From assembly GCA_030612885.1 (NCBI GenBank), contig JAUWMZ010000001.1, forward strand, positions 68,032 through 132,031: 64,000 nucleotides of DNA, in the 5' to 3' direction. Shown here piece by piece: positions 36,024 to 45,590 of the stretch. Position numbers and translations under genes: made by a program. The first letter of the stretch is position 1; the number at the start of each line of letters is the position of its first letter. The notes beneath the pieces are model-generated. The model had not been told where the DNA came from and ran no database searches. It saw only the letters and a program-made list of their open reading frames with translations. The stretch is from Candidatus Nealsonbacteria bacterium. Lineage in GTDB: Bacteria; Patescibacteriota; Minisyncoccia; Minisyncoccales; JAGMDC01.

Positions 36024-36362
36024 ATGTTGCATAAAGAAAATCGTCTTAAAAACAAGAGAGATTTTGACATAGCATTTAAAGAAGGGAAGGGATATAAGGA
36101 GGATTTTTTATTTTTGAAGGCTAGAAATAATGATTTAAAGTTTAGCAGATTTGGTATTGTAGTAGGCAAAAAAGTTTCCAATAAAGCTATAATTCGCAAT
36201 AAAGTCAAAAGGCGTTTAAGGGAAATATTGAAAAGGAAAATAGACAAGGTAGAGAAAGGCGTAGATATAATATTAATAACCCTTCCGGGTATAGAAAAAC
36301 AAGAGTTCAAGGATTTGGAAGAAAAAGTGGATAAGATTTTCAAAAAAGCAGAATTAATATGA
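36024..36362 (+). CDS. rnpA: RNase P protein component
   Basis: The 112-aa basic protein contains RLKNKRDFD and AIIRNKVKRRLRE motifs. It follows rpmH. Confidence 0.85.
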   Translation: MLHKENRLKNKRDFDIAFKEGKGYKEDFLFLKARNNDLKFSRFGIVVGKKVSNKAIIRNKVKRRLREILKRKIDKVEKGVDIILITLPGIEKQEFKDLEEKVDKIFKKAELI

Positions 36363-36568
36363 TTAAAAGTTTAATTTTAAAAATAGTTAGGTTTTATCAG
36401 AAGTTCATCTCTCCTGCTCTTGGAAAGCATTGCCGGTTTTATCCAAGCTGTTCAGAGTATTGTTGTTTAGCTATTCAAAAATATGGTATACTTAAAGGGT
36501 TGTTTTTTGGAATGAAAAGAATTTTAAGATGCCATCCTTTTAATGAAGGAGGAATAGACCTACCGTAA
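36359..36568 (+). CDS. yidD: membrane protein insertion efficiency factor YidD
   Basis: YQKFISPALGKHCRFYPSCSEY signature. Confidence 0.85.
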   Translation: MIKSLILKIVRFYQKFISPALGKHCRFYPSCSEYCCLAIQKYGILKGLFFGMKRILRCHPFNEGGIDLP

Positions 36569-36571
36569 AAA

Positions 36572-37321
36572 ATGTTTGAATTATTTATTTCATTTTTTCA
36601 TATTGTTCTTTATCAGCCATTGTTTAATGGTTTAATTTTATTATATCAATATATTCCGGGCCGCGATTTCGGCATTGCCGTAATTGTTTTAACTGTTTTA
36701 ATAAGATTGGTAATGTATCCCTTGGGCACAAAGGGCATTAAAACCCAAAAAGCTCTTTCTGAACTTCAGCCGAAAATGAAAGAAATTCAGGAGAAGTTTA
36801 AACACGACAAGGAAAAACAAGGCAGGGCAATGATGGAGCTTTATAAAAAAGAAAAAATCAATCCCCTCTCCGGTTGCCTGCCTTTATTAATTCAGCTTCC
36901 AATTATTATTGCCCTTTATCAAGTGTTTTTATCATTTAAAGAAGCGGGTCTGGGTCCTGACCAGCTTCAGTCCTTGTATCCTTTTATTCATTTTGCCAAT
37001 GACATTAGTACTTCGTTTTTAGGGATCATAGAACTTACAGAACCGTTTTGGCCATTGGCCATTTTAGTTGGTATTTTACAGTTTTTCCAGACAAAAATGA
37101 TAACCCCTAAACAAAAAGGCCTTTTTTCTAAATCAAAGCAGCAGGATACAATGGGACAGTTTTCAAGTATGATGCAAAAACAAATGCTTTACTTCTTCCC
37201 AGTATTTATTGTTCTAATTCTTTGGCGGTTAGCTTCGGTAGTCGCTTTGTATTTGCTTGTCTTTACTTTATTTAGTATTGTCCAGCAATATTTTACATTA
37301 AAGAAAACAAAAAATGATTAG
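36572..37321 (+). CDS. yidC: membrane insertase YidC (short form)
   Basis: Polytopic protein with PLGTKGIKTQKALSELQPKMKEIQEKFK and NPLSGCLPLLIQLPI motifs. Confidence 0.85.
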   Translation: MFELFISFFHIVLYQPLFNGLILLYQYIPGRDFGIAVIVLTVLIRLVMYPLGTKGIKTQKALSELQPKMKEIQEKFKHDKEKQGRAMMELYKKEKINPLSGCLPLLIQLPIIIALYQVFLSFKEAGLGPDQLQSLYPFIHFANDISTSFLGIIELTEPFWPLAILVGILQFFQTKMITPKQKGLFSKSKQQDTMGQFSSMMQKQMLYFFPVFIVLILWRLASVVALYLLVFTLFSIVQQYFTLKKTKND

Positions 37322-37781
37322 TGAAAAGGATTTAGAGATAATTAAAAAAACTGCTGAGGAATTTTTCAAAAAGATATGTTTTGAAGCAGAGATTAAAGTA
37401 AAATCCCTGCCTAACGAGGAAACGGTTTCTATTGATTTAGAAATGGAAGAGCCCCAGATTTTGATTGGCGAAAGAGGTCAGACCTTGGCCGAAATTCAGC
37501 ATTTATTAAAAGCGATGTTAAGAAGAAAAATAGCGGAACAGTTTTATATCAATGTTGATATTAATGATTACAAAAAGAAAAAAAGTGAGTATCTAAAAGA
37601 AATGGCTCGTTCAGCAGCTGATGAAGTGGCTTTGTCTAAAAAGGAAAGGATTCTTGGGCCAATGCCAGCCTATGAAAGAAGGATTATTCATTTGGAATTG
37701 GCCGAGCGAGAAGATATTATCTCTGATAGTATTGGCCAGGAACCGGAAAGAAGAGTGGTGATAAGGTCTTATTATCCGTAA
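37314..37781 (+). CDS. jag: Jag/SpoIIIJ-associated KH-R3H RNA-binding protein
   Basis: The R3H region reads YERRIIHLELAE, and the gene follows yidC. Confidence 0.8.
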   Translation: MISEKDLEIIKKTAEEFFKKICFEAEIKVKSLPNEETVSIDLEMEEPQILIGERGQTLAEIQHLLKAMLRRKIAEQFYINVDINDYKKKKSEYLKEMARSAADEVALSKKERILGPMPAYERRIIHLELAEREDIISDSIGQEPERRVVIRSYYP

Positions 37782-37830
37782 TCATTAATCATTAATCATT
37801 AATCATTAATAACTAATTACTGATTATCAA
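37782..37830. repeat. intergenic TAATCATTAATCA-family tract
   Basis: taatcattaatcattaatcattaatcattaataactaattactgattatc. Confidence 0.8.
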
Positions 37831-37832
37831 CC

Positions 37833-37859
37833 AAAAAAACCGCTGAGAGGCGGTTTTTT
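37833..37859. terminator. bidirectional intrinsic terminator
   Basis: A7-CCGC-TGAGAG-GCGG-T6 hairpin between the convergent jag and pilin-fusion genes. Confidence 0.75.
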
Positions 37860-37901
37860 GTAATATCATAATATGAAAAATTGGGTCTATCCCTATTTTT
37901 T

Positions 37902-39320
37902 CTATTCATTAGGTATTATCTGAAAAGAACTGGGCCTTTCCTTATCATTATTTGGATCTGGATCATAAACAGTGGTTCCTTTTAAGGTTGTGACACAACC
38001 AGTTTCATCTATTTCCCAATGTGCCTGGCATTTTAACTCATCCTGGGCATTAGATGGCGAACTAGTAGGAGGAAGTTCCATGGTTCTTAGAATAATTTTA
38101 TACTCGCCATTAATTCTGAAAGATAAAACGCGATTATCCCAGGTTCCTCCCTCAGGATGGGGATCATTAGAGAAATCTCCCATAAGCGCTCCAAGAGCGG
38201 GCTCTTTTACTAACTCATTTTCCTTACAATCAATTTCATCGTAAAAAGTAACATTGCCGGGATATTCCTTAGTAGTGTCAACAGTATATAAATGAAGAGA
38301 AGAAATTTCGTTATTTCCTACAGAGGAAAAATAAGTGCTCCCGTCACCTACAGACATGTCATCTACTGAAGTGGTAAGGTCTGTGGCAGGCCAGAGATCC
38401 CAGCAGACAGAAATATCTCCGCATCTTCCTTCATATCCAGGATCAGTGAAGAAAACAGCTCCCTTGCATATTTGTTCTGAAGGGTGCCTGATAATAACTG
38501 ATTGTGCTTTTTTGTTCCAGTCGTTGCCGAGATTGACTGTACTGCCAGAGAGATATAAGGGCGGTCTTAGATTAAGGTCAAAATCAGTTTCTTCGTAGAG
38601 ATAGATACCAGGTCTGTTCCAGAGAAAATCAATAGATTTTGTAAGAGGAATGGATTCCACGGTCTCAGTCCCGGTATTTGAAATTTCTTCTATATTTCCT
38701 TCAAATTCTTCATCATTATAAACAAAAACCGAAATTAATTCATCAGTATCACTAATAAATTTTATCCATCTGACGTCAAAATCTTTAAAAGCTGGAGTTT
38801 TTGCTGTACAATGTTTTTTCTTATTAGGGTCATCTATAGAACAATCATCTTCGGTTTCACATAGGTAGACTCCATTAACCGGCTTTAGCTCTTCCATTTC
38901 TTTTAAAATAACTAATTCAGGATTAATAGTAGTTAAAATTAAATAAGTCATCAACAAAAGTACTAAACCCACTATTCCTCCGAACATCCTGGACTTGGCG
39001 TCGCTAATTTTGGTTGGGTCGCCAGCTGAAACTAAATAAACAATTCCTCCCAAAACCATCACGGCAAAAGCCAAAATACCAGCAATTATTACGGAGAAAT
39101 TAAAAATATACCTTATGTATTCAGGCAGTTTGGTTTCTTCGGTCGGCGCTTCTCCCCCTATTTCAGGATATCCAATTTCTAAGCCCCCTTCAACAACAGA
39201 GAAACTACTGCAAAGCAGAATTAGCAAAGCAGCGAAAAAAAAGATGAAAATAATTTTTTGATGATTTTTGAGCATATTAAAAATTGCTGACGCCGAAGGC
39301 GATTCCCCATAGGGTTGCAA
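37902..39320 (-). CDS. VirB2/TrbC-like pilin-domain fusion protein, paralog A (472 aa)
   Basis: N-terminal about 130 aa contains a signal anchor plus two TM helices (PEYIRYIFNFSVIIAGILAFAVMVLGG...GGIVGLVLLLMTYLILTTINPEL). This part is closely similar to ORF 40358..41776. The C-terminal about 330 aa is a divergent extracellular domain. Confidence 0.55.
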   Translation of the reverse strand: MQPYGESPSASAIFNMLKNHQKIIFIFFFAALLILLCSSFSVVEGGLEIGYPEIGGEAPTEETKLPEYIRYIFNFSVIIAGILAFAVMVLGGIVYLVSAGDPTKISDAKSRMFGGIVGLVLLLMTYLILTTINPELVILKEMEELKPVNGVYLCETEDDCSIDDPNKKKHCTAKTPAFKDFDVRWIKFISDTDELISVFVYNDEEFEGNIEEISNTGTETVESIPLTKSIDFLWNRPGIYLYEETDFDLNLRPPLYLSGSTVNLGNDWNKKAQSVIIRHPSEQICKGAVFFTDPGYEGRCGDISVCWDLWPATDLTTSVDDMSVGDGSTYFSSVGNNEISSLHLYTVDTTKEYPGNVTFYDEIDCKENELVKEPALGALMGDFSNDPHPEGGTWDNRVLSFRINGEYKIILRTMELPPTSSPSNAQDELKCQAHWEIDETGCVTTLKGTTVYDPDPNNDKERPSSFQIIPNE

Positions 39321-39327
39321 TTAGTTC

Positions 39328-40365
39328 TTATTCTCCTTCGCAACAAAAGTAATTATTCATAAAACTTCTGATGGCTTCCTGGCATTCTAAGCTGTCTTTG
39401 TTTGTTTCGCAGATTGGCTGGATGTTTTCCTCTATAAATTGTTTATATAAAGCAGTTTCAGAAGCATAATAAGGATAGCAATGCGGGAAAGGAGTTATAT
39501 TATCTTCAAAATATCCTATAATATTAAGTTCACCCAAATATATTTTATCCAAAGCTGTTTCACAGCTCAAGACCTTCATTTTTGTTTTTATCTCTTGAAT
39601 CACAGACCCATAGCCAGTAAGGCATTCTTCTAATTTCACTCTGGAATTAAGGAGTTTATTTAGAATTTCCCATCTATTCGGGTCGTCTGGCAACAAGTTT
39701 TGAACATTGGTTAAATCTGAGATTCTATCTTTAGGGTTTGAGATTATCGCGGGTCTGTCTTTGAGAATATTATAATAACTTTCAATATTTCCAGAATGAT
39801 TCTCTATTTGATTATAGGCGTTGGTGATACTTCCAAAGTTGCAGGGAAAACCTTCGCAGGTTTGACATTTGCAGTATTTCCACCACAAAACACACCAACA
39901 TGTTGTTTCAGGAGGGTCACCGCTGGTCTCGCATTCTTCCTCACAACATTCTCCTGTGGTTTTTCTACAATCCGAGGTACAGGCGTCTGGGCAATTATTT
40001 ACACAATCCTGAGAATTATTGGTGCCGGGGCTGGTGAGGTCAATTAAGCGCCAGGCTTCATTTATTTCTAATCTTGCCTCTTCCCTCATTGATAATGCCT
40101 CATCTCTCATTGAGATAATTTGAAAGAAAATAATTTCTTGCTCGTCAATTATTTTTTGGGCGAGTAACTCAGCTTCATCAACAGCTTCACCAATAGGAAT
40201 TTTACCTTTTGGAAACTCGGCGTGTCTTATCTCTATAGTCGGGTCAACCACACACTCTCCTGAAGCAAAAATCTCTCTATTTTCATTATAGAATAAACTT
40301 ATAAATAAGCAAAACAAGAAAATAAAGAAAAGAAAAATAATTTTATTAATATTATTTTTATTCAT
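39328..40365 (-). CDS. secreted cysteine-rich protein
   Basis: Signal anchor IIFLFFIFLFCLFISLF. Dense Cys clusters (CVNNCPDACTSDCRKTTGECCEEECE...CWCVLWWKYCKCQTCEGFPC). The start is taken at the ATG at 40365. Confidence 0.5.
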   Translation of the reverse strand: MNKNNINKIIFLFFIFLFCLFISLFYNENREIFASGECVVDPTIEIRHAEFPKGKIPIGEAVDEAELLAQKIIDEQEIIFFQIISMRDEALSMREEARLEINEAWRLIDLTSPGTNNSQDCVNNCPDACTSDCRKTTGECCEEECETSGDPPETTCWCVLWWKYCKCQTCEGFPCNFGSITNAYNQIENHSGNIESYYNILKDRPAIISNPKDRISDLTNVQNLLPDDPNRWEILNKLLNSRVKLEECLTGYGSVIQEIKTKMKVLSCETALDKIYLGELNIIGYFEDNITPFPHCYPYYASETALYKQFIEENIQPICETNKDSLECQEAIRSFMNNYFCCEGE

Positions 40366-41776
40366 ATTCTTCTTTAGGGAAATAAAAAGTTGCTGGTTCA
40401 CCATCAAGATTATAGATATTACATAACCGACCTATATATTCTCCTTCTGTATTTAGGCCGTATTCAGTACATATTCCATCAGTTTCGTTTAGGCAATTAA
40501 ATTCTCTGCAGTATCTGTTGATATTAAAGTCCTTAAATTCTATTTTATCTATTTTTTCTCTTGATTTTTTATCCATAAATTGAGCCAAAGTTATCCTTTG
40601 TCCATAAGGGAATTTCGCTAATTCTTCAGCTTCTTTTAGATAATCAACTAAATCTTGAGTTGAATCATCTTTAAACCATTCAAACCGTAAAATTGCTTCT
40701 TCATAAGTTAAAAAAGTTGGAGTTACGCTTGGGTTCCATTCAGGAATGGGATAAGTTGCCTCAACAGGGTCGCCTAAATGAGAATTAGGTTCATAATATA
40801 TATATCCATCGTCATCCTCTGCTCCGTATATAAAGGCATTAATCTCAATTCTCTTTTCTTCCAGAGCTTTAATAATAGGAGGGATAATATTTCTCCTTAA
40901 ATTATTCATTTGAGCTCTATCTGGACAGGGATCGCCCTGACAGTTACAAGGATTGCAGTCGCCGCAAGGACAACTGCAACTTCCACAACCAGTATTTTGA
41001 AGCCCCTGAGAACAGCGAGCGCAATTACATTCATCAGCATATCCTTTTAATTCTTCAGATTTTTCTTTTAAATTTTCTGATAGAATTTTCAATTCTTCGG
41101 ACAACTCTGTTAATTTTTCACTTTTTATTTCTATAGCTGCTAATAATAATTCTATACAGTTTAAACGATCATGGTCTTTTAATAAATCTTCTTCTGTAAT
41201 ATCTCCATCTCCATTTTGGTCAATCATATTACCTTCATCATCATAATCGTAACAAACAACCATTTCAGCCTCTTCATCGTAGTTATAATTTTTATTTAAA
41301 ATATTTTCAATTAAAAGCCCAATAGGAATTTCTTGGTAATATGTTGTTTCTGTCTCTGGGGGGACATATTCCGGCGGTTCTGCTGGTTCAAATTCTTCTA
41401 ATTCTTCAAGTTTTAAAATAGCCAGTTCAGGATTGATAGTAGTTAAAATTAAATAAGAAGAAAGCAAAAGGACTAATCCTAAAATTCCAGCTAACATCCA
41501 GGATTTCGCCTCTCCAATTGCTGATGGAGAACCAAGGGAGAAAAACCAGCGGATTCCTCCAAATAGCAAAGCTGCAACAGCTAAAATCGCTCCCAAAATT
41601 ATAGAGAAATTAAAGATGTATCTTATATATTCAGGCAGGGTTGTGTCTTCAGTGGGTGCCTCTCCTGCTATTTCAGGATAGGTAAGTTCTTGGGCAGATA
41701 TTGAGAGGGCTAATAAGACCAAAAAAATCGATAAAACCAATAAAACCGATATTGTCTTTTTGTATTTTTTAATCAT
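40358..41776 (-). CDS. VirB2/TrbC-like pilin-domain fusion protein, paralog B (472 aa)
   Basis: Same N-terminal module as paralog A (PEYIRYIFNFSIILGAILAVAALLFGG...ILGLVLLLSSYLILTTINPEL). The C-terminal part differs and carries a Cys knot: CNCARCSQGLQNTGCGSCSCPCGDCNPCNCQGDPCPD. Confidence 0.55.
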   Translation of the reverse strand: MIKKYKKTISVLLVLSIFLVLLALSISAQELTYPEIAGEAPTEDTTLPEYIRYIFNFSIILGAILAVAALLFGGIRWFFSLGSPSAIGEAKSWMLAGILGLVLLLSSYLILTTINPELAILKLEELEEFEPAEPPEYVPPETETTYYQEIPIGLLIENILNKNYNYDEEAEMVVCYDYDDEGNMIDQNGDGDITEEDLLKDHDRLNCIELLLAAIEIKSEKLTELSEELKILSENLKEKSEELKGYADECNCARCSQGLQNTGCGSCSCPCGDCNPCNCQGDPCPDRAQMNNLRRNIIPPIIKALEEKRIEINAFIYGAEDDDGYIYYEPNSHLGDPVEATYPIPEWNPSVTPTFLTYEEAILRFEWFKDDSTQDLVDYLKEAEELAKFPYGQRITLAQFMDKKSREKIDKIEFKDFNINRYCREFNCLNETDGICTEYGLNTEGEYIGRLCNIYNLDGEPATFYFPKEEYE

Positions 41777-41779
41777 TTT

Positions 41780-42187
41780 TTAGTCGCTTTTTAATTCCAA
41801 AAAAACAAAAATAGTCCAGAAAGGCAGGGCGCCTAAGAAAGGAATTAGTTCTCCCAGGGCAGATAAGCCGAATCTTAATCCTCTTTTAGAACCTTTTTTT
41901 ACGCCTTTCTTTAACATCTTTTTTCTTTTTTCTATTGCTCTCCTATGTTCAGCTATTTTTTCAGTTACTTCTTCTTTTGCTTCTTCTTTTGATTTCTCGC
42001 CTTGAGAGCGCATAAGCAACCAGCCACCAAAAAAGAGAATGCCAATCCCATCAGGGATATAAGAAAGGATTTCACCAATTCCAAAAACCAGGTCTAAAAT
42101 TAGACAAATTACTCCTATTAAATCCAATATACCTGCCAAAAAGAGCATTAAAACTCCTTCCGGACTTAGTAAAGATAAAGAAGACAT
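41780..42187 (-). CDS. small polytopic membrane protein of the T4SS-like cluster
   Basis: The 135-aa protein has three or four hydrophobic spans and a basic central loop. It lies directly downstream of the VirB4-like gene. Confidence 0.45.
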   Translation of the reverse strand: MSSLSLLSPEGVLMLFLAGILDLIGVICLILDLVFGIGEILSYIPDGIGILFFGGWLLMRSQGEKSKEEAKEEVTEKIAEHRRAIEKRKKMLKKGVKKGSKRGLRFGLSALGELIPFLGALPFWTIFVFLELKSD

Positions 42188-42198
42188 ACGAAAGTTTT

Positions 42199-43974
42199 TT
42201 ATTCAGATAATTCTTTTTTCGCTTTTTTAATTTTCAGGACTTCTTCAGGAGAAGTGGTAATGATTTGTTCTTCGGCATAAGAAGCAACAACGCTGATTGC
42301 TACGTGTTTTTGGCCGGCGAAAAACAATCCCTCCCCTACTGCCGCTTCTAAGAGCATATATTTTTCTTCGTCGGTTAAATTAAATGTTTTTTGAACTACT
42401 TCAATAGTGGCTGGACTTTGTTTCATTAAAAGCTGTAAAGATGAATTAGCGATAATCGGCTGGCCGTATTCGGATTTCATAAAGTCAGATACGTCTTGGG
42501 TAATAGTAGTTACCCCTAACCAATATTTCCGCGCTCTTTTGCAAACTCCGAACAGGAAAGAGGCGCCATCTTCGGATTGCATTATCCACCAGGCCTCATC
42601 TACTACTAATATCCTTTTTTTGAGCTCGGCGCGAATTGAATTCCAGATATACCTCATTATGACATACATTGCCATCGGCTTGAGTCCTTCTTCCATATCT
42701 CTAATTCCAAAAACCACAAATTTATTCTTCATTGAAATATTGGAAGGTTGATTAAAGAACTGGGCATATGTTCCTTTAGTAAATTTTGTTAAACGTTTAA
42801 CCATGGATTCAGCTCCTTCCATTGTGTCCAGGACTGCTTCTAGATCTTCCATCAAAGGAATGTTTTGATTCCAGGCAGAAGGATCGCTTTCCGGAGTAAT
42901 GTCTTTGGCCGCATAAGTTTCAGTAAGCGCTCGGTCCATAATAGCGTCTTCTTCCGAGCTTAAGCCGCCAAGCATAATTCTTAATAATCCTACTAAATTT
43001 ATAATGTTTGAACGAAGCACGTCTTCGGGTTTTTCGTCTTCCCGGGGCATAGGCAGTTCAAAAGGATTGATATGGTTGGGAGAAGATAAAGAGACATTAA
43101 TATAAGAACCGCCTACGCTGTCAGAGAGGGTTTTATATTCGTTTTCCGGGTCAATAATAATACAGTCGGTTCCCAACATTAAAGAACGAAGAATCTCCAA
43201 CTTCACGAAAAACGACTTTCCCGCGCCCGATTTAGCGAATATAACCGAGTTCGCGTTCTCCAAACTAAAGCGGTCAAATAAAACCAAAGAACTATTGTGC
43301 TGATTAATTCCACAGAGAATCCCTTCGTTTGAAGAGAGGTCAAAAGAGATGAAAGGAAAGATGCTTGATAGAGGGTCAGTATTAATAGTAGTATGGATAC
43401 CCATCTGGTCTAATCCGTAAGGCGAGGAAGAAATAAATCCTTCTTTCTGCCGGTAAAGGGATGGTTTTATATAAACAAGACGGGATTCTAAAACAGAACG
43501 CAAATCTGTTTCAATGTCTCTTAATTTTTTTGAAGTGTCTCCGTAAATAGTAATATAGAGCCCAAACTTAAACATTCTTTCTTGAGCTGTTTGAAGACGG
43601 TCTCTCAGGGATTCAATGTCCCGATAAGCAGTTTCTAAAACCGGGTCTCGAATCAATCCTTTTTCTTCTCTTTCGGAAACTTCTGCTTCAATTTCAGTTA
43701 CTTTTTTCCTTAATTTATTTAAAATCATCTCTGTTTTAATGGGATGGATAAAGAAAGAGATATCCATTGGAGTATCTAAATTTATAATAGGTGAAAGCCA
43801 GCCAGTGGTGAGATATCTGGGATAACAGAAAATAAAAAAAGATTTAGCCAATTTTTCGCCTAAGCGGATATAATTGGGGTTAATTTCAATTGCAGAAGGA
43901 GCGATAATATCTACAACATTAATAACCTCTGGTTTAGGCACTTTTTCTTTTTTTTTGAAGAATGGTAGTTTCAT
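42199..43974 (-). CDS. VirB4/TraC-type type IV secretion ATPase
   Basis: Walker A FAKSGAGKSFFVK, IIIDPENEY, and Walker B LVVDEAWW. N-terminal YPRYLTTGWLSPII segment is typical of Gram-positive-type VirB4. Confidence 0.85.
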   Translation of the reverse strand: MKLPFFKKKEKVPKPEVINVVDIIAPSAIEINPNYIRLGEKLAKSFFIFCYPRYLTTGWLSPIINLDTPMDISFFIHPIKTEMILNKLRKKVTEIEAEVSEREEKGLIRDPVLETAYRDIESLRDRLQTAQERMFKFGLYITIYGDTSKKLRDIETDLRSVLESRLVYIKPSLYRQKEGFISSSPYGLDQMGIHTTINTDPLSSIFPFISFDLSSNEGILCGINQHNSSLVLFDRFSLENANSVIFAKSGAGKSFFVKLEILRSLMLGTDCIIIDPENEYKTLSDSVGGSYINVSLSSPNHINPFELPMPREDEKPEDVLRSNIINLVGLLRIMLGGLSSEEDAIMDRALTETYAAKDITPESDPSAWNQNIPLMEDLEAVLDTMEGAESMVKRLTKFTKGTYAQFFNQPSNISMKNKFVVFGIRDMEEGLKPMAMYVIMRYIWNSIRAELKKRILVVDEAWWIMQSEDGASFLFGVCKRARKYWLGVTTITQDVSDFMKSEYGQPIIANSSLQLLMKQSPATIEVVQKTFNLTDEEKYMLLEAAVGEGLFFAGQKHVAISVVASYAEEQIITTSPEEVLKIKKAKKELSE

Positions 43975-44004
43975 ATTTTGAGATAATTGTTCAATACTCT
44001 AACT

Positions 44005-44643
44005 TTATTCCTCAAATTCTGAGGGTATTTCCGGGTAATAACCAATTTCTGCTTGGTCAGGATGATGAAGTCCCCAGAAAAGTTCAATAATTTCCGAGGT
44101 ATTTAAGGGAACAGCTTTTAGACCGCACCTTCTTAACCCTAATATTACAAATTCCATTCTTTGTTCAAGTTGTGTTTTGCATCTTTGGAATTTTTCTTCT
44201 GTTAAAGCGGGAAGTTCTGGCGCTTTGAAAATTTTTTTTGTTTCTTCATTTTTTGCTTCTAAAAGGGTGAAAGGCACAATCATAAAAAAGGATTTATTCA
44301 TAATGGTGCCGGCTTTGACCAGGCTTTCTACGAATTCTCTATAGCCTGCTGTTTGAATTTGAAGCAATTCATCTTCTTGTTCTTTTTCTATCTTGCTCAA
44401 TTTTTCAAGATAACCAGTAATATTAAGGCGTCTGGACTGAATAAGAATTTGGCAGGAGAAATCCAGAGAGTTTAAGAAATTTTGAAACTGATAAATAATA
44501 GCGGATTTTTCGTCGTCAGCTTTCAAAGCAAAATTCAAAGAGGAAACCATTACTATTCCTCTTAATGACCTGTTTTTTAGGATAACAATCCCTTTTTTAA
44601 TTTGGTCTATTTGTAAGAAATCCTGAGTACTTGACTTCACCAC
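44005..44643 (-). CDS. T4SS-cluster protein of unknown function (212 aa)
   Basis: Soluble protein 30 nt upstream of the VirB4-like gene. The pattern IVMVSSLNFALKADDEKSAIIYQFQNFLNSL resembles accessory/N-domain proteins of Gram-positive T4SS, but the assignment is tentative. Confidence 0.4.
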   Translation of the reverse strand: MVKSSTQDFLQIDQIKKGIVILKNRSLRGIVMVSSLNFALKADDEKSAIIYQFQNFLNSLDFSCQILIQSRRLNITGYLEKLSKIEKEQEDELLQIQTAGYREFVESLVKAGTIMNKSFFMIVPFTLLEAKNEETKKIFKAPELPALTEEKFQRCKTQLEQRMEFVILGLRRCGLKAVPLNTSEIIELFWGLHHPDQAEIGYYPEIPSEFEE

Positions 44644-44703
44644 GAATATTTACGAATTTTAATCACGAATATTCACAAATAAAATATTAGTGAGAATTAA
44701 TGA

Positions 44704-44724
44704 TTCTAATTCGTGAGATTATTA
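44704..44724. repeat. 21-bp direct repeat, left copy (TTCTAATTCGTGAGATTATTA)
   Basis: Identical to 45143-45163. The two copies bracket the GxxExxY gene. Confidence 0.9.
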
Positions 44725-45099
44725 ACGGATGTTTATAATCCGTTTATATTTAATACTGTCTTTTGTAATAATAATCAAAATTCCTAATTTTAGTCCGCTT
44801 GCTTTTAAATAGCTTAAAATTTGTTTTATATCTTGGGTACGAAAAGAATTTGCCACTTTCAGTTCTAAAACTATTTTATTTTCTACTATAAAATCAAGAA
44901 AACACTTTCCTATACTTTCATTTTCATATTGTAATTTTATTTCTTTTTCTTTAATATGTTTTATTTTTGCTTTGTTAAACTCTAAAGATATCGCTCTTTG
45001 ATAATATCTTTCTTGATATCCATATCCTAATCTATTATATACTCTGAAAATTATCCCAATAATTTTATAACTTAAATCTTTATGTATTAAATCTGTCAT
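44722..45099 (-). CDS. GxxExxY protein (PD-(D/E)XK nuclease-like family)
   Basis: 125 aa. IIGIIFRVYNRLGYGYQERYYQRAISLEF and DFIVENKIVLELKV match the GxxExxY family pattern. Confidence 0.85.
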   Translation of the reverse strand: MTDLIHKDLSYKIIGIIFRVYNRLGYGYQERYYQRAISLEFNKAKIKHIKEKEIKLQYENESIGKCFLDFIVENKIVLELKVANSFRTQDIKQILSYLKASGLKLGILIIITKDSIKYKRIINIR

Positions 45100-45142
45100 T
45101 CAATAAAGATTATTCGTGATAATTAGTGATTGCTTCATTTTG

Positions 45143-45163
45143 TTCTAATTCGTGAGATTATTA
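45143..45163. repeat. 21-bp direct repeat, right copy (TTCTAATTCGTGAGATTATTA)
   Basis: This right copy is identical to the left copy at 44704-44724. Confidence 0.9.
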
Positions 45164-45171
45164 GTGGTGAG

Positions 45172-45588
45172 TTACTTTGTTTTGGTTTCGAGTTGAGTAG
45201 ACACTTCCCTAAGTTTGCCGCCGGTAACAACAATAGCAGAAGCTTTTTCTTTTTCTTCTCCTAATTTTGATTTCTTTTCTTTTTTTAATTTTAAAAATTT
45301 TGGCGGAATGTCTTTTCTCTCCCAAATATATAATTTAGGGGAAGAAGAAAACATAAAAAAATCTTTTAATAAAACCAAAATAGAGCGTCCTTGAATTTTT
45401 ACAAAAATTAAAACTAAAGCGCCACCTATTAAGAAAACAGTAACAATAATCAGTTGAGCTTGAGGAAGAACAAAATAAAGAAGAAAAACAATACCTCCGG
45501 CTATGCCGATTATTAAAAACTGTTTGAAGGTAAACGGTCCTACAATTTTTGCCTCACGATCAATAAATTTTGGAACAGTAAACTGCAT
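45172..45588 (-). CDS. PrgI-like T4SS membrane protein
   Basis: MQFTVPKFIDREAKIVGPFTFKQFLIIGIAGGIVFLLYFVLP matches the PrgI-family N-terminal pattern and is followed by a second TM span. Confidence 0.55.
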   Translation of the reverse strand: MQFTVPKFIDREAKIVGPFTFKQFLIIGIAGGIVFLLYFVLPQAQLIIVTVFLIGGALVLIFVKIQGRSILVLLKDFFMFSSSPKLYIWERKDIPPKFLKLKKEKKSKLGEEKEKASAIVVTGGKLREVSTQLETKTK

Positions 45589-45590
45589 AA

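Noticed and set aside
35945-36343. 132-aa minus-strand ORF
   Set aside because: It is antisense to rpmH/rnpA, which have unmistakable sequences.
42199-44643. VirB4 split into two ORFs by a nonsense mutation (212 aa + 591 aa)
   Set aside because: The 591-aa protein already begins with the YPRY...GW N-domain typical of Gram-positive-type VirB4, so it looks complete. The 212-aa ORF is treated as a separate accessory protein.
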